Source: Octopus vulgaris (taxonomy: Eukaryota). Taken from it: a stretch of DNA of 64,000 nt. Below the pieces are notes generated by a model. That model made no database searches, had not been told where the DNA came from, and worked only from the letters and a program-made list of their open reading frames with translations. Both the position numbers and the translations under genes were made by a program. The stretch covers positions 28,706,001 through 28,770,000 of the forward strand of contig OX597821.1 of the NCBI GenBank assembly GCA_951406725.2, read 5' to 3'. Below, one piece after another: positions 1 through 13,604 of the stretch; position 1 is the stretch's first letter, and every line of letters starts with the position of its first letter.

Positions 1-199
1 GCATTTAGATATATACATAGATATATTTATATATATATACATATACATATATATACATATATATATGCATATGTATGTAGATATATGTTTTTACTTTCAG
101 CTCAAAGTTGTGGCCCTGCTACACTGTTGTTATTAAGAACCTCCTCTAATACGTGCCATTTTATAAGGCAGTTTGATTTTGATAAACACTTTTGAGCCC

Positions 200-1104
200 C
201 TTACGCAGGTAGGATCAGGTAGGACTCTCGCCAGGTAGAGTTTCAATTTTTATTTGAAGACACATCCACTTTGTGTAAGTCCCTCAGGTTCTTGAGGACA
301 ATATAAAAAATGTGTGGGCCCCTGAAACACAAGCTGTTGCAGTTATCCGTCTTGAAGCGCGATCGCATTCCTGGGATCTTTGGCACTTTGCACTCTCGTT
401 GTTTTCTGGCATTTGAGTAGCTTTGAATGCCAAAATTTGGCACAATTTCTTCCAAGATCTTCCAGATGTATATTACTGCATACCCCTTCAGCCTTCGCTC
501 CAGGGAGTAGAGTCTTAGCTGTTTCAAACTTTCCCACTAGCTGAGCTGTTGCAATGAGACGATCTTCTATGTGATGCTTTGCCTGATTGCTTCATGATTC
601 ACTTGGTAATTTTACGCTGTTGCGTGACCATTGCTCTGAGCAGTAATCCAGGCGGTTGAAGACGAATGTCCTCCAGAGAGCCATTATTGTTTCCTTCTCC
701 CTGGTTCTGAACATTCTCAGGATCCAGCCAGCCAATCGTCTGCACTTTGTCACTATCCTGCTATAGTCCACTTGGTATTGAGGTATCATCACTCATGTCG
801 ATACCCAGGTCCCTCACTGATTTAGGGAACCCTTTTAATCCCTTGAGAAACAGTGTACCCTAAAATTTTTATATTCTGTTTTGGAAGTTTGTAGCACAGG
901 TCTTGGAAATTTTCAGCATGAAACTGCATACTAGTGTCTTTAGACGATCTCTAAATTGAGTGTAACTCATGCTGCAGGTGTGCAACATCGGTGATGTTCT
1001 GCATTTTCTGCGAGACATTCGCATCATCTGCATAGGTAGCAACTGTGGCAATCCGGTCAGCTGAGGGCATATCTGAGAGGGCCATTATGAAAAGTAGTGG
1101 CCCA
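200..1104 (-). mobile_element. CR1-like LINE, 5'-truncated and frameshifted RT/C-terminal remnant
   Basis: Minus-strand fragments GPLLFIMALSDMP..YADD, RLAGWILRMFRTREK..RLDYCS..WS and LRLYSLERR..IYIWKIL; homologous to the + copy at 22470-23505. Confidence 0.85.
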
Positions 1105-1112
1105 ACACATAC

Positions 1113-1180
<68 letters not shown>

Positions 1181-1478
1181 GTATGTATGTAATTTATAAG
1201 TAAGGGCAAAAGAAAAAATTCTATATATATATATGTTCATATATATATGTACTTATATATATATATATATATATGTATATATGCACATATATATACACAT
1301 ATATATATACATATATACACACTAATAATAATTACAATATTAATAGTTTTGGTAATGTAATGAACTTTGTACTTTGTATATGTACCCATTCATGTGGATG
1401 TATATGTATACTCCAGTATATATATTTGATTATCTGTAACCATATATATACATATATATATATATATATTCTTATAGA

Positions 1479-1559
<81 letters not shown>

Positions 1560-1755
1560 TCTTGTGTATTTTGTTTCAGATTTATATTTCCATATTTATA
1601 TTTTTGATTATATTTATATATATATATATATATTTATTATATAGGAGCTTTATAATCTCTGACAGTACTATCTTAAAGCTCCTTCTATATAATAAATTAA
1701 TTTTACTCTGCTATGTATTGAGTACCTTACTTACTGTGGTTAACCGAATCAACCC

Positions 1756-1806
<51 letters not shown>

Positions 1807-2087
1807 GTAACTCATTTTAACTGCATATTACCTCAATACATCTGACTAATATAGGCAGAATGAGATACCTTTATCTAAAGGCTGAAACAGCTGTAGGATC
1901 CATTTTATGTGTATTATTTTATGGTATCATCTTACTCATTGATGTAAATTGTTTTGTTTTGTTGGATTTGGATGTTCCTATTTATGTAGGTAATAAATAA
2001 TATGAATTGGTAATATCTGTAAGTCGATGATTGAAATGAATCTCTTCCTCCATTTCTTATTTGTATATACATAAATATATACACATG

Positions 2088-2165
<78 letters not shown>

Positions 2166-2193
2166 CACACATAAATATATACACACACACATT

Positions 2194-2230
<37 letters not shown>

Positions 2231-2233
<3 letters not shown>

Positions 2234-2824
2234 TCAATTTAGGGTAGTAAAAAATTCGATAGAAATTTATCACTACCAGCGGTTACTTTGCGGTTGGAGT
2301 TATGGCTGCTCTGTCTAGTGGACGAATGGCCTGTTTAGGCCATTCCTAAATTGTTATATATTTACATTTTTGTCTCATGACTATTTTTTTTTCCACTGGG
2401 CCGCTGGTAGTGATAAATTTCTATCGAATTTTTTACTACCCTAAATTGATTAATTGATTATTTTCTGACTAATTCTGAGATTGAATCGGCAGTTTATATT
2501 TGCTGCTGATAAGATTGGCGCTATTGCGCTGGTCTTCGAAAATTTTAAGACAGATATTCCAGAGGCTTCGATGCAGTAGCCTCGTGTATATTTGCCTCTA
2601 CCAAAGGTTTCTTTACTGACGAAGCGTGACCTATGGTGGATTAGCTTAATTTAATTTAATTAAGCTGGTCTATCATTAAAAACGCAGAAACGATGCATCG
2701 TCTAAAAGATGAATTAGGGTAAACGTTTTTTAATTTTTCACCTATTTCCGAATTATATTACTTTGCGGTTGGAGTTATGGCTGCTCTGTCTAGTGGACGA
2801 ATGGCCTGTTTAGGCCATTCCTAA

Positions 2825-2830
<6 letters not shown>
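2231..2830 (+). mobile_element. Hammerhead-bearing non-autonomous Penelope-type/retrozyme-like element (475-nt unit)
   Basis: Direct repeat 2283-2354 = 2758-2829; 2231-2282 is the reverse complement of 2401-2453; flanked by (TA)n on both sides; internal hammerhead. Confidence 0.75.
2611..2708 (+). ncRNA. Type I hammerhead ribozyme with extended stem II
   Basis: UUUA-CUGACGA(2616-2622)-A-GCGU..long hairpin..ACGC-A-GAAA(2687-2690)-CGAUGCAUCG-UC|UAAA; palindromic stem III; predicted cleavage after 2702. Confidence 0.75.
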
Positions 2831-2873
<43 letters not shown>

Positions 2874-3393
2874 GCATATATGAGCACAGGACGTTACTAA
2901 CGTTTCGAATATTAAAATTTGCAAACAAAGAGAACAAAGTGGAAAACAAGACAAGTAAATACAGTGGAAGGACGCGTCATCAGTTGTTTGCTGTGTAATG
3001 CTCGAAATGAGGAGTAAACAGACAGCCTTCAAAGGATGAAGGGTCCGTTCTCTGTGTTTACTTGTCCAGGAAAAGAGACTTCCAGATATTATCTAGGTAT
3101 CACCTATACGAGAAAACGAAAGTGAACCCTGCTTTCTTTCTTAACCAATACTAAATATGCAGGAACAATAACCTTACTGCAGCCACATTTGGCCCAAAAT
3201 AAGGCGGCACCAGCATGAATGTTACAACTCATATACATATTAACAAAATAGCATGGTGGTAGCGATAGAAATAATTCTGATATAAATCTAACTGCAGTGT
3301 GTAAATTTGTAAAGAAATACATAGCTACACTAGCATTATAATAACATATATAGGTGCCTGTGTGTGTGGGTTTGTATGTATGCCTCTATGCAC

Positions 3394-3645
<252 letters not shown>

Positions 3646-5227
3646 AATTATATATACATACCTATATATATATATATATGTAAGTATGCATGTTTTTGGG
3701 ACTGTGTGTGTGTATGAAAATATTTACATGAAGTTACGTCTATGTGTGTGTATGTATCCATCTGTGCGCATACACACACAGCCACACACACACACAGCCA
3801 CACACACATATATATATATATATACATGCATGCCTGTATCTATGAATACAAGCATACGCAAATCACATATATATGTATGTAACTATTTATGTGTATATGC
3901 ACAATATACATGTCTATAGATACGTGAATGATGTCTGTCTCTGTAGACACACACACACACACACACACACAATCACCTCATTCTCCTTGAACACCCATAT
4001 ATGTATAGATGCTGGCATACTTATATGTATATGTACGTGTATTTGCTTACATATGCGTGTATATGCGTATGTATAAATGGATACATTCATGTGTCTATAT
4101 ATAAAAACATATATAATTTGAATTTGAATATTTACTCGTTCCAGACAATGTATATACATAGTCCGACACCAAAATATTTATTAAATATTTTCAGCCAAAC
4201 TAACAATAAGAAAAATAACAAAATCCAACTCAAACGAGGTAATCAGCTTTACATTTGAAATGAGTCATATATCTAATATGTTATCTTTGGGTTTCACTAT
4301 ATTTTTGAATTTTTCCTCCGTTGGTTCCATGTTTTATCTGAAGTCTACTAGTCTGGGTAAATTTAAATATAATACATTCAAACAGTGTTATTAGTGTTTT
4401 TAATTTTGATTCCTATACCAGCCTTGTAACAGTTTAATGGAAATTACCGCAGACAGCTTATATTAACAATTTTGATAAGCGATATCAAGTTCTTACTTAT
4501 AATACCTATGCATGCGAAATATGTTATCCGTCAAATACCCAAGTGCATATATTTACCTACAGCGTCATTGAGACATGCTCGAGAAATTCATACCTCTAAA
4601 TGTACATACAAAGCCGTGGATACATACGTATGTAAGCGTGTATGTGTGAGTGTTTTCTGTGTACGCGCGTTTGCAGAGAGAAAGAGAGAGATAGAGAGAG
4701 AGAAAGATAGTGAGAGAGAAAAAGAGAGTGTATGTGTGTATGTGTGTTGCATGTGGGTGTGTGTGGGCGTGTGTACTTTTGTGTATATGTACATCTGTGA
4801 TAGCAAGTATGTATTGCTTCTGCGTGTATTTCGATGTTACTTCCGCGTTGAATGCAAGATGGATGCTAGCTACCAAGCTTCTTGGCACATCTGCATGCAA
4901 AATATGGCAGTCAATCATGTAAGCATGCACAGAACTATAGATAAATGGATGAGTAATATGCTTCTTCATTTAAATATACATATGCCGACATTTGTAAATA
5001 CGTAAACAGGCGATGCCTGTGTATGTCTGTGTATATATATATGTGTGCTTGTGTGTGTGTGTGCTTGTGTGTATGTGTGCTTGTGTGTGTGTGTGTGTGT
5101 GTACATGTATTTAATCAAATTTCTTACATTTTCATCCCTACTTTTTATCCTTTGTGCGTCTCTTCTATACTCTCTTCCTGTCTCGGCTTCTCAAATATAA
5201 GCTGCATGTGTATAAATATGTAACTGA

Positions 5228-5532
5228 CACTCCGTCGGTTACGACGACGGGGTTTCCACTTGATCCGATTAACGGAACTGCCTGCTCATCGAATTAACAT
5301 GCAAGTGGCTGAGAACTCCGCAGACATAACGTAGTTCTCAGGGATATTCAGCATGACACAGAATGTGATAAGTCTATCTCTTTGAAATGCAAGTACTACC
5401 CATTTTTGCCAACTGAGTGGACTGAAGCAACGTGAAATAAAGTATCTTGTTCAAGGACACAACGCGTCGCCGGGAATTGAACTCACGAACTCACGATCGT
5501 GAGCCGAATACCCTAACCATTACGCCACTCGC
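5228..5532 (-). mobile_element. tRNA-derived SINE
   Basis: Minus strand shows A box TGGCGTAATGG and B box GAGTTCAATTCC followed by the TGTGTCCTTGAACAAG core-like motif. Confidence 0.8.
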
Positions 5533-5660
5533 GTAATTAGATATATAGATAGGGAGAAAAATATACGCAAATCAAAACCGATGTACTCAGGGTTTAAGCA
5601 GAGTGTTTGTCATTTATATTACAAAGATTCCTTAACACTTGTAAGATGCTTCATCTGGAG

Positions 5661-5970
5661 CAGGGATTCTAAACCCTTTATTATCTATGGACCCCTTTCA
5701 TCATTATTTTATTCTTGTGGACCCCCATAGCCATTCGATGCTTAAAAACTAGTTTTATAGAAACTTGTGAAGGTTGAAATATAGAAAATGTTACAATAAA
5801 CGTATCTATTTCTGGTAATACATACCAATACATACATCTAAAGCAATTTTTTTTTTCAGGGGCCCTTAAAATACGGTTGTGAATACCCAATTTGCTATTT
5901 TGTTGCCTGGACCTCCCACAATCTCATACGGGATCTCAAGGGCTTAATGTACCCCGGTTGAGAATCACTG
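5661..5970. mobile_element. hAT (Charlie/MER5-like) MITE
   Basis: Termini CAGGGATTCTAAACC ... GGTTGAGAATCACTG; internal GGACCCC repeats; degenerate 8-bp flanks ATCTGGAG/ACCCAGAA. Confidence 0.65.
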
Positions 5971-6994
5971 ACCCAGAATATAACAAACCTGCTTCTTCTA
6001 GATTCATCAGAGTAAATCTGATATAGGGCTTCATTTGTTACGGGTGTCCGCGCAGATTGAATCATACGAAGTACGTTTCGCGGACCTATCCATTTGACAT
6101 GAAAAATACTGCAACAGTACAAGTAGGCGAACGACCAGATTATTCCAACTCATTCTGCCAATTTTAAAACTTCCATGCTTCGTCGTACAGGAATGTTGCA
6201 TAAAGAGTATCAGTATATTATTGAATACGGCTTTGAAAACATAACTATCGTAACAAAAATCTGTTTTCCAGTGCTTCCAAGAAGCCCAATCTCGACTTTA
6301 TCCTGAATAATACAAAACACGGAAAATACATTTGGATATAAAATTTTATGATAACAAATATTTGTGCTGCAGCTGTTTCATACTCGAAATATTTGATGCC
6401 GTTAAACTGACAACAAACTGTGTAATACAAGAAAGGCAGAGACAATAAAAGCTATTCGTCCCAAATGTTTATCTTTGTCTCGTTAATATGTACATACACG
6501 TGTAAATATTCGTCTACATGTGTGTGTATATATGAATGCATATGTATCCAAACCCACACACACATATCGTATGTGTGTACGTGTGTGTAGATCTTACACC
6601 TATGCACGATTCGATGGCTGTCTGCTGTCTTGAGCTTCTCTGTTCTTTTAACAGGTTTGTGATTTCATCCATCTGTGTAAGACGAAATTCACGCCTAGAA
6701 AGTCACTCCATTACGCCTAGAAAACTTAGTTTTGTCATCGATAGTGCTACTATACGTAATAACTAATGGAAGGACTGTAGCTATTAGATAAAAATATATG
6801 TGCGCTTATGCGTATGTATGCATATTCGTATTCTGTACACATAAACATACATACACGCATACATACATACATTCATACATACATACATGCATGCATACAT
6901 ACACACACGTGCATGCATACAAACATAAGTGTGTATAGATATGTGTGTATGTGTGTGCGCGTGTGTCTGTGTGCGTTAATCTGTGTGAGTATTT

Positions 6995-7208
6995 GTGTCT
7001 ATGTTTGTCCGCCACCGGCGCTTGACAACCGGTGTTGGTGTGTTTACATCCTACTAACTTAACAGCAAAGGAAAACCGATAGAATAAATACCAGGCTTTA
7101 AAAAATGTAAGCCATGGGGTCGATTTGTTCCACTAAAACCCTTGAAGGTTGTGTGCCCCAGCATGGCCACGGTCAAATGACTGAAGCAAGTAAAATGGTA
7201 AAAAGATA
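6995..7208 (+). mobile_element. SINE (family of 33020-33428), 3' half
   Basis: GCTTGACAACCG..GGGGTCGATTTG..CCAGCATGGCCAC..AAATGACTGAA matches the full copies. Confidence 0.75.
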
Positions 7209-9038
7209 AATATCACCTGCCTATGAGGTATATTGCTAGTTGTGAATCCCGTTGTTTAAAACCACTTTGCGAAATCAAAATTCATGTTTTTCCTCGTTTT
7301 GTGGTGCTCCTCAGAATATAGAAACCACTCGTCAAACAACTTAGGTAGAAAACAAAGTGTACCAGAAATTCTTCTGAATAAAACTTTTCGATTTCTTAGG
7401 AAATACATTTTAAATTTCAAAAGGATATTATCAAAAGAATACTATATATTTACGGCTAATCAATGTGCTATGATGGTTAACGGCTAGTAAGCTGACAGTA
7501 AATGTGGAATAAATGGACCATTGAAGTCAGTAAAATTTCTTTGAACTGAAACAAAATACCGGTAGTGTTTAATTGTTTTCTTATTCGTTAAAGTGTTTCA
7601 CATTTGAGGTGCTAGTGATGCTTACAGAAAATTTATGATATGATTAATCCAGCAATTGCTAACGTCCATTCCTTTCCTTTATAGTGGTTTCGGCTTTGAA
7701 GATCTCCTTAGCTTCTTAAATTCAAAACCTCTGATAATAAAAATGTACTGTTCTATAGACAACGGCTATCATCATAGTTTGCGTTTGCAGTAGATAGAAG
7801 GTGGTATTAATGTCATAAAGTGTGAATTTCTCTGTTGGGTTTCGATAACTTGATTTGGCTTATTAGATGTTGTTATCTTGTAACAATCTGAGTAACGACG
7901 TAGCAAACATATGCATTCAAAAGTAACTATTGATATGAGAACTATAGTATTTAAATCTATACCAAATTACACTCTGCTGTCTAGACAAATTGTGACAGTA
8001 TAAAACAGGATGATTCTGACGCAGAGGTATGCTTGATCAGAGGATATAAGTGCTTAGCTACAAAAACAATATCAAATTGTGGTGACTGTGAGTGATGATT
8101 CTCTGAATATAATTGAAAGAATAAAAAAGACAATTTAACGTAGACAACTGTCTTAAAAATCTTGTGAGTGTAACGTATCCGTTAGGCACACGATAAAACA
8201 TTTGCATGTTTAAAGGGTGATGGTAAAGAACAGAGCTTCGTCACTTTCTTAACGACTAGTTTAAATCCTACAAGAGAAAAATATGAACTACAATCTGAAA
8301 TCTGAACGGCTCTGCTTGATCAGCCAATACATAAGGCCAATCGACAATAACTGTAGCAACATTGGTATGCATCTATGGATTTAAAGTTAACGTGAGTTTA
8401 CTGTGTGGTATTTCTTTCTCAGCGATAATAACCTTGTAAAGGTAGACATATATCTATTCCTCAAACAAACGTTGTTTCAACAACTCAACTGAATTGCAAT
8501 TTATGGTAATATTAGTTAAATAATTTTCTCTACAATTTGTTACATACAACACACTGAATATATTTTCGGACACAAGAAAACAGAAATATAGAATATGGGA
8601 ATGAGCTTCAGTGATATTCTAGCTTTGGCAAGTGAATTGGGGACGTAAATAAGATAAACTGACTTCCACACTGTATGAAATCCAATGTAAAATAATCCCA
8701 GATATATACAGAAATCAATGTTTTAACTGAGAGATGGATACAACATGCATAACGTAATACGGTATAATTCACTGCAAGAAGTATGTCAGCGTCAAACATG
8801 AAGGTGCCCAAAAGAGTTGGTATATAGAAAGACGTAGGCATTACTTTTTAATTGATTGCAATTAGTCTCTTAGTTGGAGAAATTAAACAAAGACATCGCA
8901 GCACTAACTGATAGTAGCTATCAAAGAAAGAGGAGACAAGAATATATGATATTTTACAATGCTATTGATATGCTTACGGGAAATTTACATTTTTCTTAAC
9001 AGGAAACGTTAGAGTTTTGGCATATTTCGCCCTACTTT

Positions 9039-10486
9039 TGATGTTGTTGCTTCTCGAGCCACACCTGGCTCATAAAGGCCGGTTTCCCGGTTTCCTTGGC
9101 GTATAGGTTCCCCACATGGACGGGACGCCGGTCCGTCGCAGGTGAGCTACTAGATGCAGGAGGAAAGAGTGAGAGAAAGTTGTGGCGAAAGAGTCAGCAG
9201 AAGGTCGACATTACCTTCTGCCGGAGCCGCGTGGAGCTTAGGTGTTTCGCTCATATACACACATATCGCCCCGTCTGAGATTCGAATCCGCGATCCCTCG
9301 ACCGTGAGTCCGCTCATCATCATCATTGTTCGACCGTGGTCGAGACAATGGAATTTACCATGCTATGCCAGACTTCACGGTCCATCATAGCATTACGGAG
9401 GTCCTGTTGCTGGATGCCTGTATCCCTGGAGATTACATCAGGGTAGGAGAGTGTGTGCCCTCTGGTATCGCGAGTAGATGGTTTCCAGAGGAGAAGAGTA
9501 GAAATTGCCTCGTTTTCAGCTCTACAGCAATGTCCAGCAAACTGGACTCTCCTACCTTTCACAAGAGATGACACAGGTGGTAGTTTCCCATATATTTGAA
9601 TTTTGGTTGGATGACGCTTCCACGAGAGATTTTGAGCTCTCATAAGGAGGCGAGTGTAGGTTCCATCCAACCGCCTCTCAAGCTTCTTTGATAACGTCCA
9701 GGTTTCTGAGCCATATAGTAGAATTGGTTCGATTGTGGCTTTGAAGATTTGAAGTTTGAAGTCTCTACTTAGATTTGATGACCAGATCTTATACATGTCA
9801 TTACAGGCTGACCAGGCCATACCCTTTCTAGTTAGAAAATCTTTTCCAGATTATGATATGTATGACCCAAGATATTTGTAATCAGAAACCATATTTAAGG
9901 GCGCATTGTTGATAGTATGGATGATGCAATCACTGTTGGACAGGCACTTGTTTATATATTCAGTCTTGGCCTCATTGAGGTAAAGACCTACACAATTTGA
10001 GGTTTGTTCGAGAGATTGTAAAAGAGACTGGGCATTGGAAAGTGAATCACTGATAAGAGCGATGTCGTCAGCAAAGTCAGTGTCTGTCAAGTATTCAGCT
10101 AGGTGTCTGGAACTTCTACTTGGTTTTATTTCAAAGCCCTTGCCAGAGATGGTATCAACTGACATACGTAGCACATAGTCAACGATAATGATGAAGAGAA
10201 ATGGGGCGAGTGTGTCTCCCTGCAGTATTCCGGCTTTGATTAAGAAAGATGATGTTTCTCCGTCATGGGTTAAGATGGTTGAAGACGTCTCTGTGTAGGG
10301 GACCTTGATGGCAGAAATGATTTTGTCTGGTATCCCATAGAGCTTATGGATTTCAAACATCTTGTACCTATCTACAGAGTCGAACGCTTTAGAAAAGTCT
10401 ACAAACACCATTGCAAGATTGCGATTAAATGCTTTTGATTCTTCAATAAGTCTGCGTGCTCTAACCACTACGCCATGTGCATCCAC
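9039..10486 (-). mobile_element. tRNA-derived SINE split by an RTE LINE insertion
   Basis: SINE body 9039-9314, head remainder about 10457-10486 (A box TGGCGTAGTGG on minus); 13-bp TSD TTCGCCCTACTTT at 9026-9038 and 10487-10499. Confidence 0.8.
9315..10456 (-). mobile_element. RTE-clade LINE, 5'-truncated, young (RT + C-terminus, one frameshift near 9850)
   Basis: ORFs with FVDFSKAFDSV, GILQGDTLAPFLF, DFADDIAL, YKYLGS and LLYGSETWTL; (TGA)n tail. Confidence 0.92.
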
Positions 10487-10924
10487 TTCGCCCTACTTTG
10501 CATTCAATGGCTATTATATTTGTGTCTATATTGGTCACAAGGCCGCATATCGAGACAGATTTTAGTATACATTAACTAAAATAATCTTTAAAATCATATA
10601 ATGGTCATTGATATCACACCGTTCTTCAAAAGTCTCTTCGAATTATGCGGTTGTTCCTAGTGACGCAGAACTTTCGGTTGAACTAATTCTACTTAGTCTT
10701 AATCAAATCAATTGTAAATATAACAGCATGAAAAGAATAGGAGTGACATAATGCATTTTTTTGCGATACTATATAGCCTATTTGGAAATATAATAGGCTT
10801 AAAGAAGTTTTACGTTCTCGTACTTATACCACTATAAACGATATATGTGTGTGTGTGTATACCCCCACGCACATACACACATACACACGTACATACACAC
10901 ATACACGCATATACATTAATTATA

Positions 10925-11306
10925 TCAGTGATTGGGCTGCGACTAGGCTGGGTAACAGTACGGATTGTATTGGCCATTTTTGACGAACTGTTATATCACG
11001 AGAATGTAAACTAACCAACATCGTTTGCCAGGCAGTGATAACGGACAAGAACAGAAGCATGACAACAAAAAACACCACTTGGTCCAGGATTTGAAACTAT
11101 GAATGCAATACCCACAACCACCAGGCCATGCACCCTCATATCTATATGACAGGCGTTTTTCCAGTTTCCGTCATTCAGACCCACAAGGCTTTACTTGGAC
11201 CCCAGGGATATATATGAAAACGTTCACATAAGGAGTCACGTAGTGGAACTGAAACCTGATCCGCATAGGTGGGAAGCAATCTTATACTACAACCACCACG
11301 CCTACA
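10925..11306 (-). mobile_element. Diverged SINE (family of 33020-33428)
   Basis: Residual CAGTTTCCGTC..CACAAGGCTT..CACGTAGTGGAACTGAA..CCACGCCTA motifs. Confidence 0.55.
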
Positions 11307-11322
11307 CTTATATCACCTGTAC

Positions 11323-11363
<41 letters not shown>

Positions 11364-11370
<7 letters not shown>

Positions 11371-11655
11371 ATCACGTGACCGACCAGACCATCAGATGTT
11401 GTTACACATCGCTGGGCACAATGCGTTCGCATTGCTTTAGCCTTCAAATGACGCCACCCTGCTGGCTAAGCGAGCAGGCCAACAGACGAAAGAGTGAGAG
11501 AAAGAGCGGTGAAAGAATACAGTAGGGATCACCACCCCCTGTCGGAGCCTCGTGGAGCTTTTAGGTGTTTTCGCTCAATAAACACTCACAACGCCCGGTC
11601 TGGGAATCGAAACCGCGATCCTACGACTCCCCTAACCACTGGGCCATTGCGCCTC

Positions 11656-11658
<3 letters not shown>
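11364..11658 (-). mobile_element. tRNA-derived SINE (family of 31915 and 49267)
   Basis: Near-identical to 31915-32222 and to the reverse complement of 49267-49565; lies within (TA)n. Confidence 0.88.
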
Positions 11659-11714
<56 letters not shown>

Positions 11715-12220
11715 CTAGCAGTATCGCCCGGCGTTGCTCGGGTTTGTAAGGGAAATAACTATATAAGCATTTTTAGAGAGTTACTTCCCTTATAAATTCG
11801 GGCTTTGTTAGCCATTTTTGTTTTGGTGTCTTCAAGCCATGAAGTCGTTGTTCTAAAAGAACGCTGGTCTCCTTCACAACGCATTACGACGCTGATTTCT
11901 TTACACTCCCTTCCCCACAGCTTCACGAGGGAGGGAAGGAGGAGAAGCAAACAGGTGCAGCTGTGAGCGTGGACGCCAACTCCACCGCCATCGACACACG
12001 ATGCGTTTTATGCATTAAAATGGAATAAAAAAATTATGTTAAATTATTTTTTAAATCGTAGACTCATCGTTGACGCGCGCTAATAGTCAGATGGGCTCGA
12101 TATGAATCACGACTATAAGATACCCGAATTTGGTTAAACTGCACCGCAAAATGTGGGAGGAGTTAGGAATCTAAATCGAAGGGGACAGACACTCACACAA
12201 CTAGAGTTTTATATATATAG
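11715..12220 (-). mobile_element. Non-autonomous Helitron-type element
   Basis: On the minus strand it ends with hairpin CCCGAGCAACGCCGGG, a short spacer and CTAG; the other end is CTATATATATAAAA. Confidence 0.65.
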
Positions 12221-13544
12221 GTATATTACATGTTGCTATTAAATAAAGGCAGCAATTCGTAGATTGATGGTGCACGTGTACAGTATTAAAAGGTATACCT
12301 TGCAGTCACTGTGTTCAAATCCCACCTTACGTCACCGGCAAAATATTGGTCATAGAATACACGTTTGCGAAGAATTGTATTTTTCTTTGTCTTTTTATAA
12401 ACCATGCCTTGGTTTCACGCTCGTTTCAGAGTTTATATTTGCATCGACTCCAAATGGAAGCCAAGCGGATTTATCAGTCCTACTTTAGCCGTATATGTTT
12501 ATTAATGTGTGAAGATGTCAGTCTCAATACTTTAGCTTTTGATTGATAGACCTACTGTAGTTACTATTTACATACGTATATCCTTATCAGTGTCTCTATG
12601 TCGATCGAATTATTTCACACCAACACGTCAGCTACACATTTACTGACATTTTCATTCACTCACATCTGTATTCATAAATCAATATATTATAGATTTTATA
12701 TCGCCTACAGCTGTTATATGATTCATACATAAGTGTGTCCATATATACGTAAGAACATATTTCAAGTACTAAGCTAATGTATATGTAAGATGCTATTCTG
12801 ACATAGGTATATTGTTATAACTATTTTAGATATGGAAAATCTCATACAAATTAAAACTTGTTAGCAAAAAATATACGAAGACACTTAAATTCTGATATTT
12901 TCACAGCGACGCTAAATATATATTCACCAAACATAATATTAAGACTGTTTAAATATTCAATTTGAGAGACTCTGTTGGGGTGCCTCGATGATTTAAATCA
13001 TACAGCCACATTGCACCGCTTTCTAAATGTCGTTATGTCTGCCTTGATCTATTTTATAACTTTTCATCCTGCATTCTTTCAAGAGCAAGATATAGTCACA
13101 GAATATAACATCAAACTGATGAAAGTTAAACTTAATCTAAGTAATCAGAAATGTTATGTGCAAGGAACCTTGTCAATTAACCAAAAGAAACTAAAAGAAG
13201 AACGTCACATATGTATATAAGTTTATATGTGTGTGTTTGTGTCTGTGTTTGACACCCCACCAACGCTTGTCAACCAATGCTGTTGTTTTTACGTCTCCTT
13301 AACTTACGATAATGATAACAATATCATCAATAATAACAGTGTCTCACAAAAAAGTATAAAACCTTTTACGACATACGAATCCAAAAGAGAATCGGAAGGG
13401 AAGCCTAAGGAAATAGAAGGAATATTAGAAGAAATTAAGAAAAGACTGATACAAAAGTAATTAATATTTCAGAAAGTAACCTCATGAAAAATTAAATTAA
13501 CCTCCTAAAATATAGACTCAAATTTACTCCAACCCCGAAATGCG

Positions 13545-13604
<60 letters not shown>

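Noticed and set aside
5995-6090. Minus-strand GAAACGUA and CUGAUGA near a GTCCGCG/CGCGGAC hairpin
   Set aside because: Stems I and II cannot be formed around the core.
7480-8900. Long microsatellite-free stretch, possibly an old transposon or exons
   Set aside because: No sustained ORF, termini or motif that I can support.
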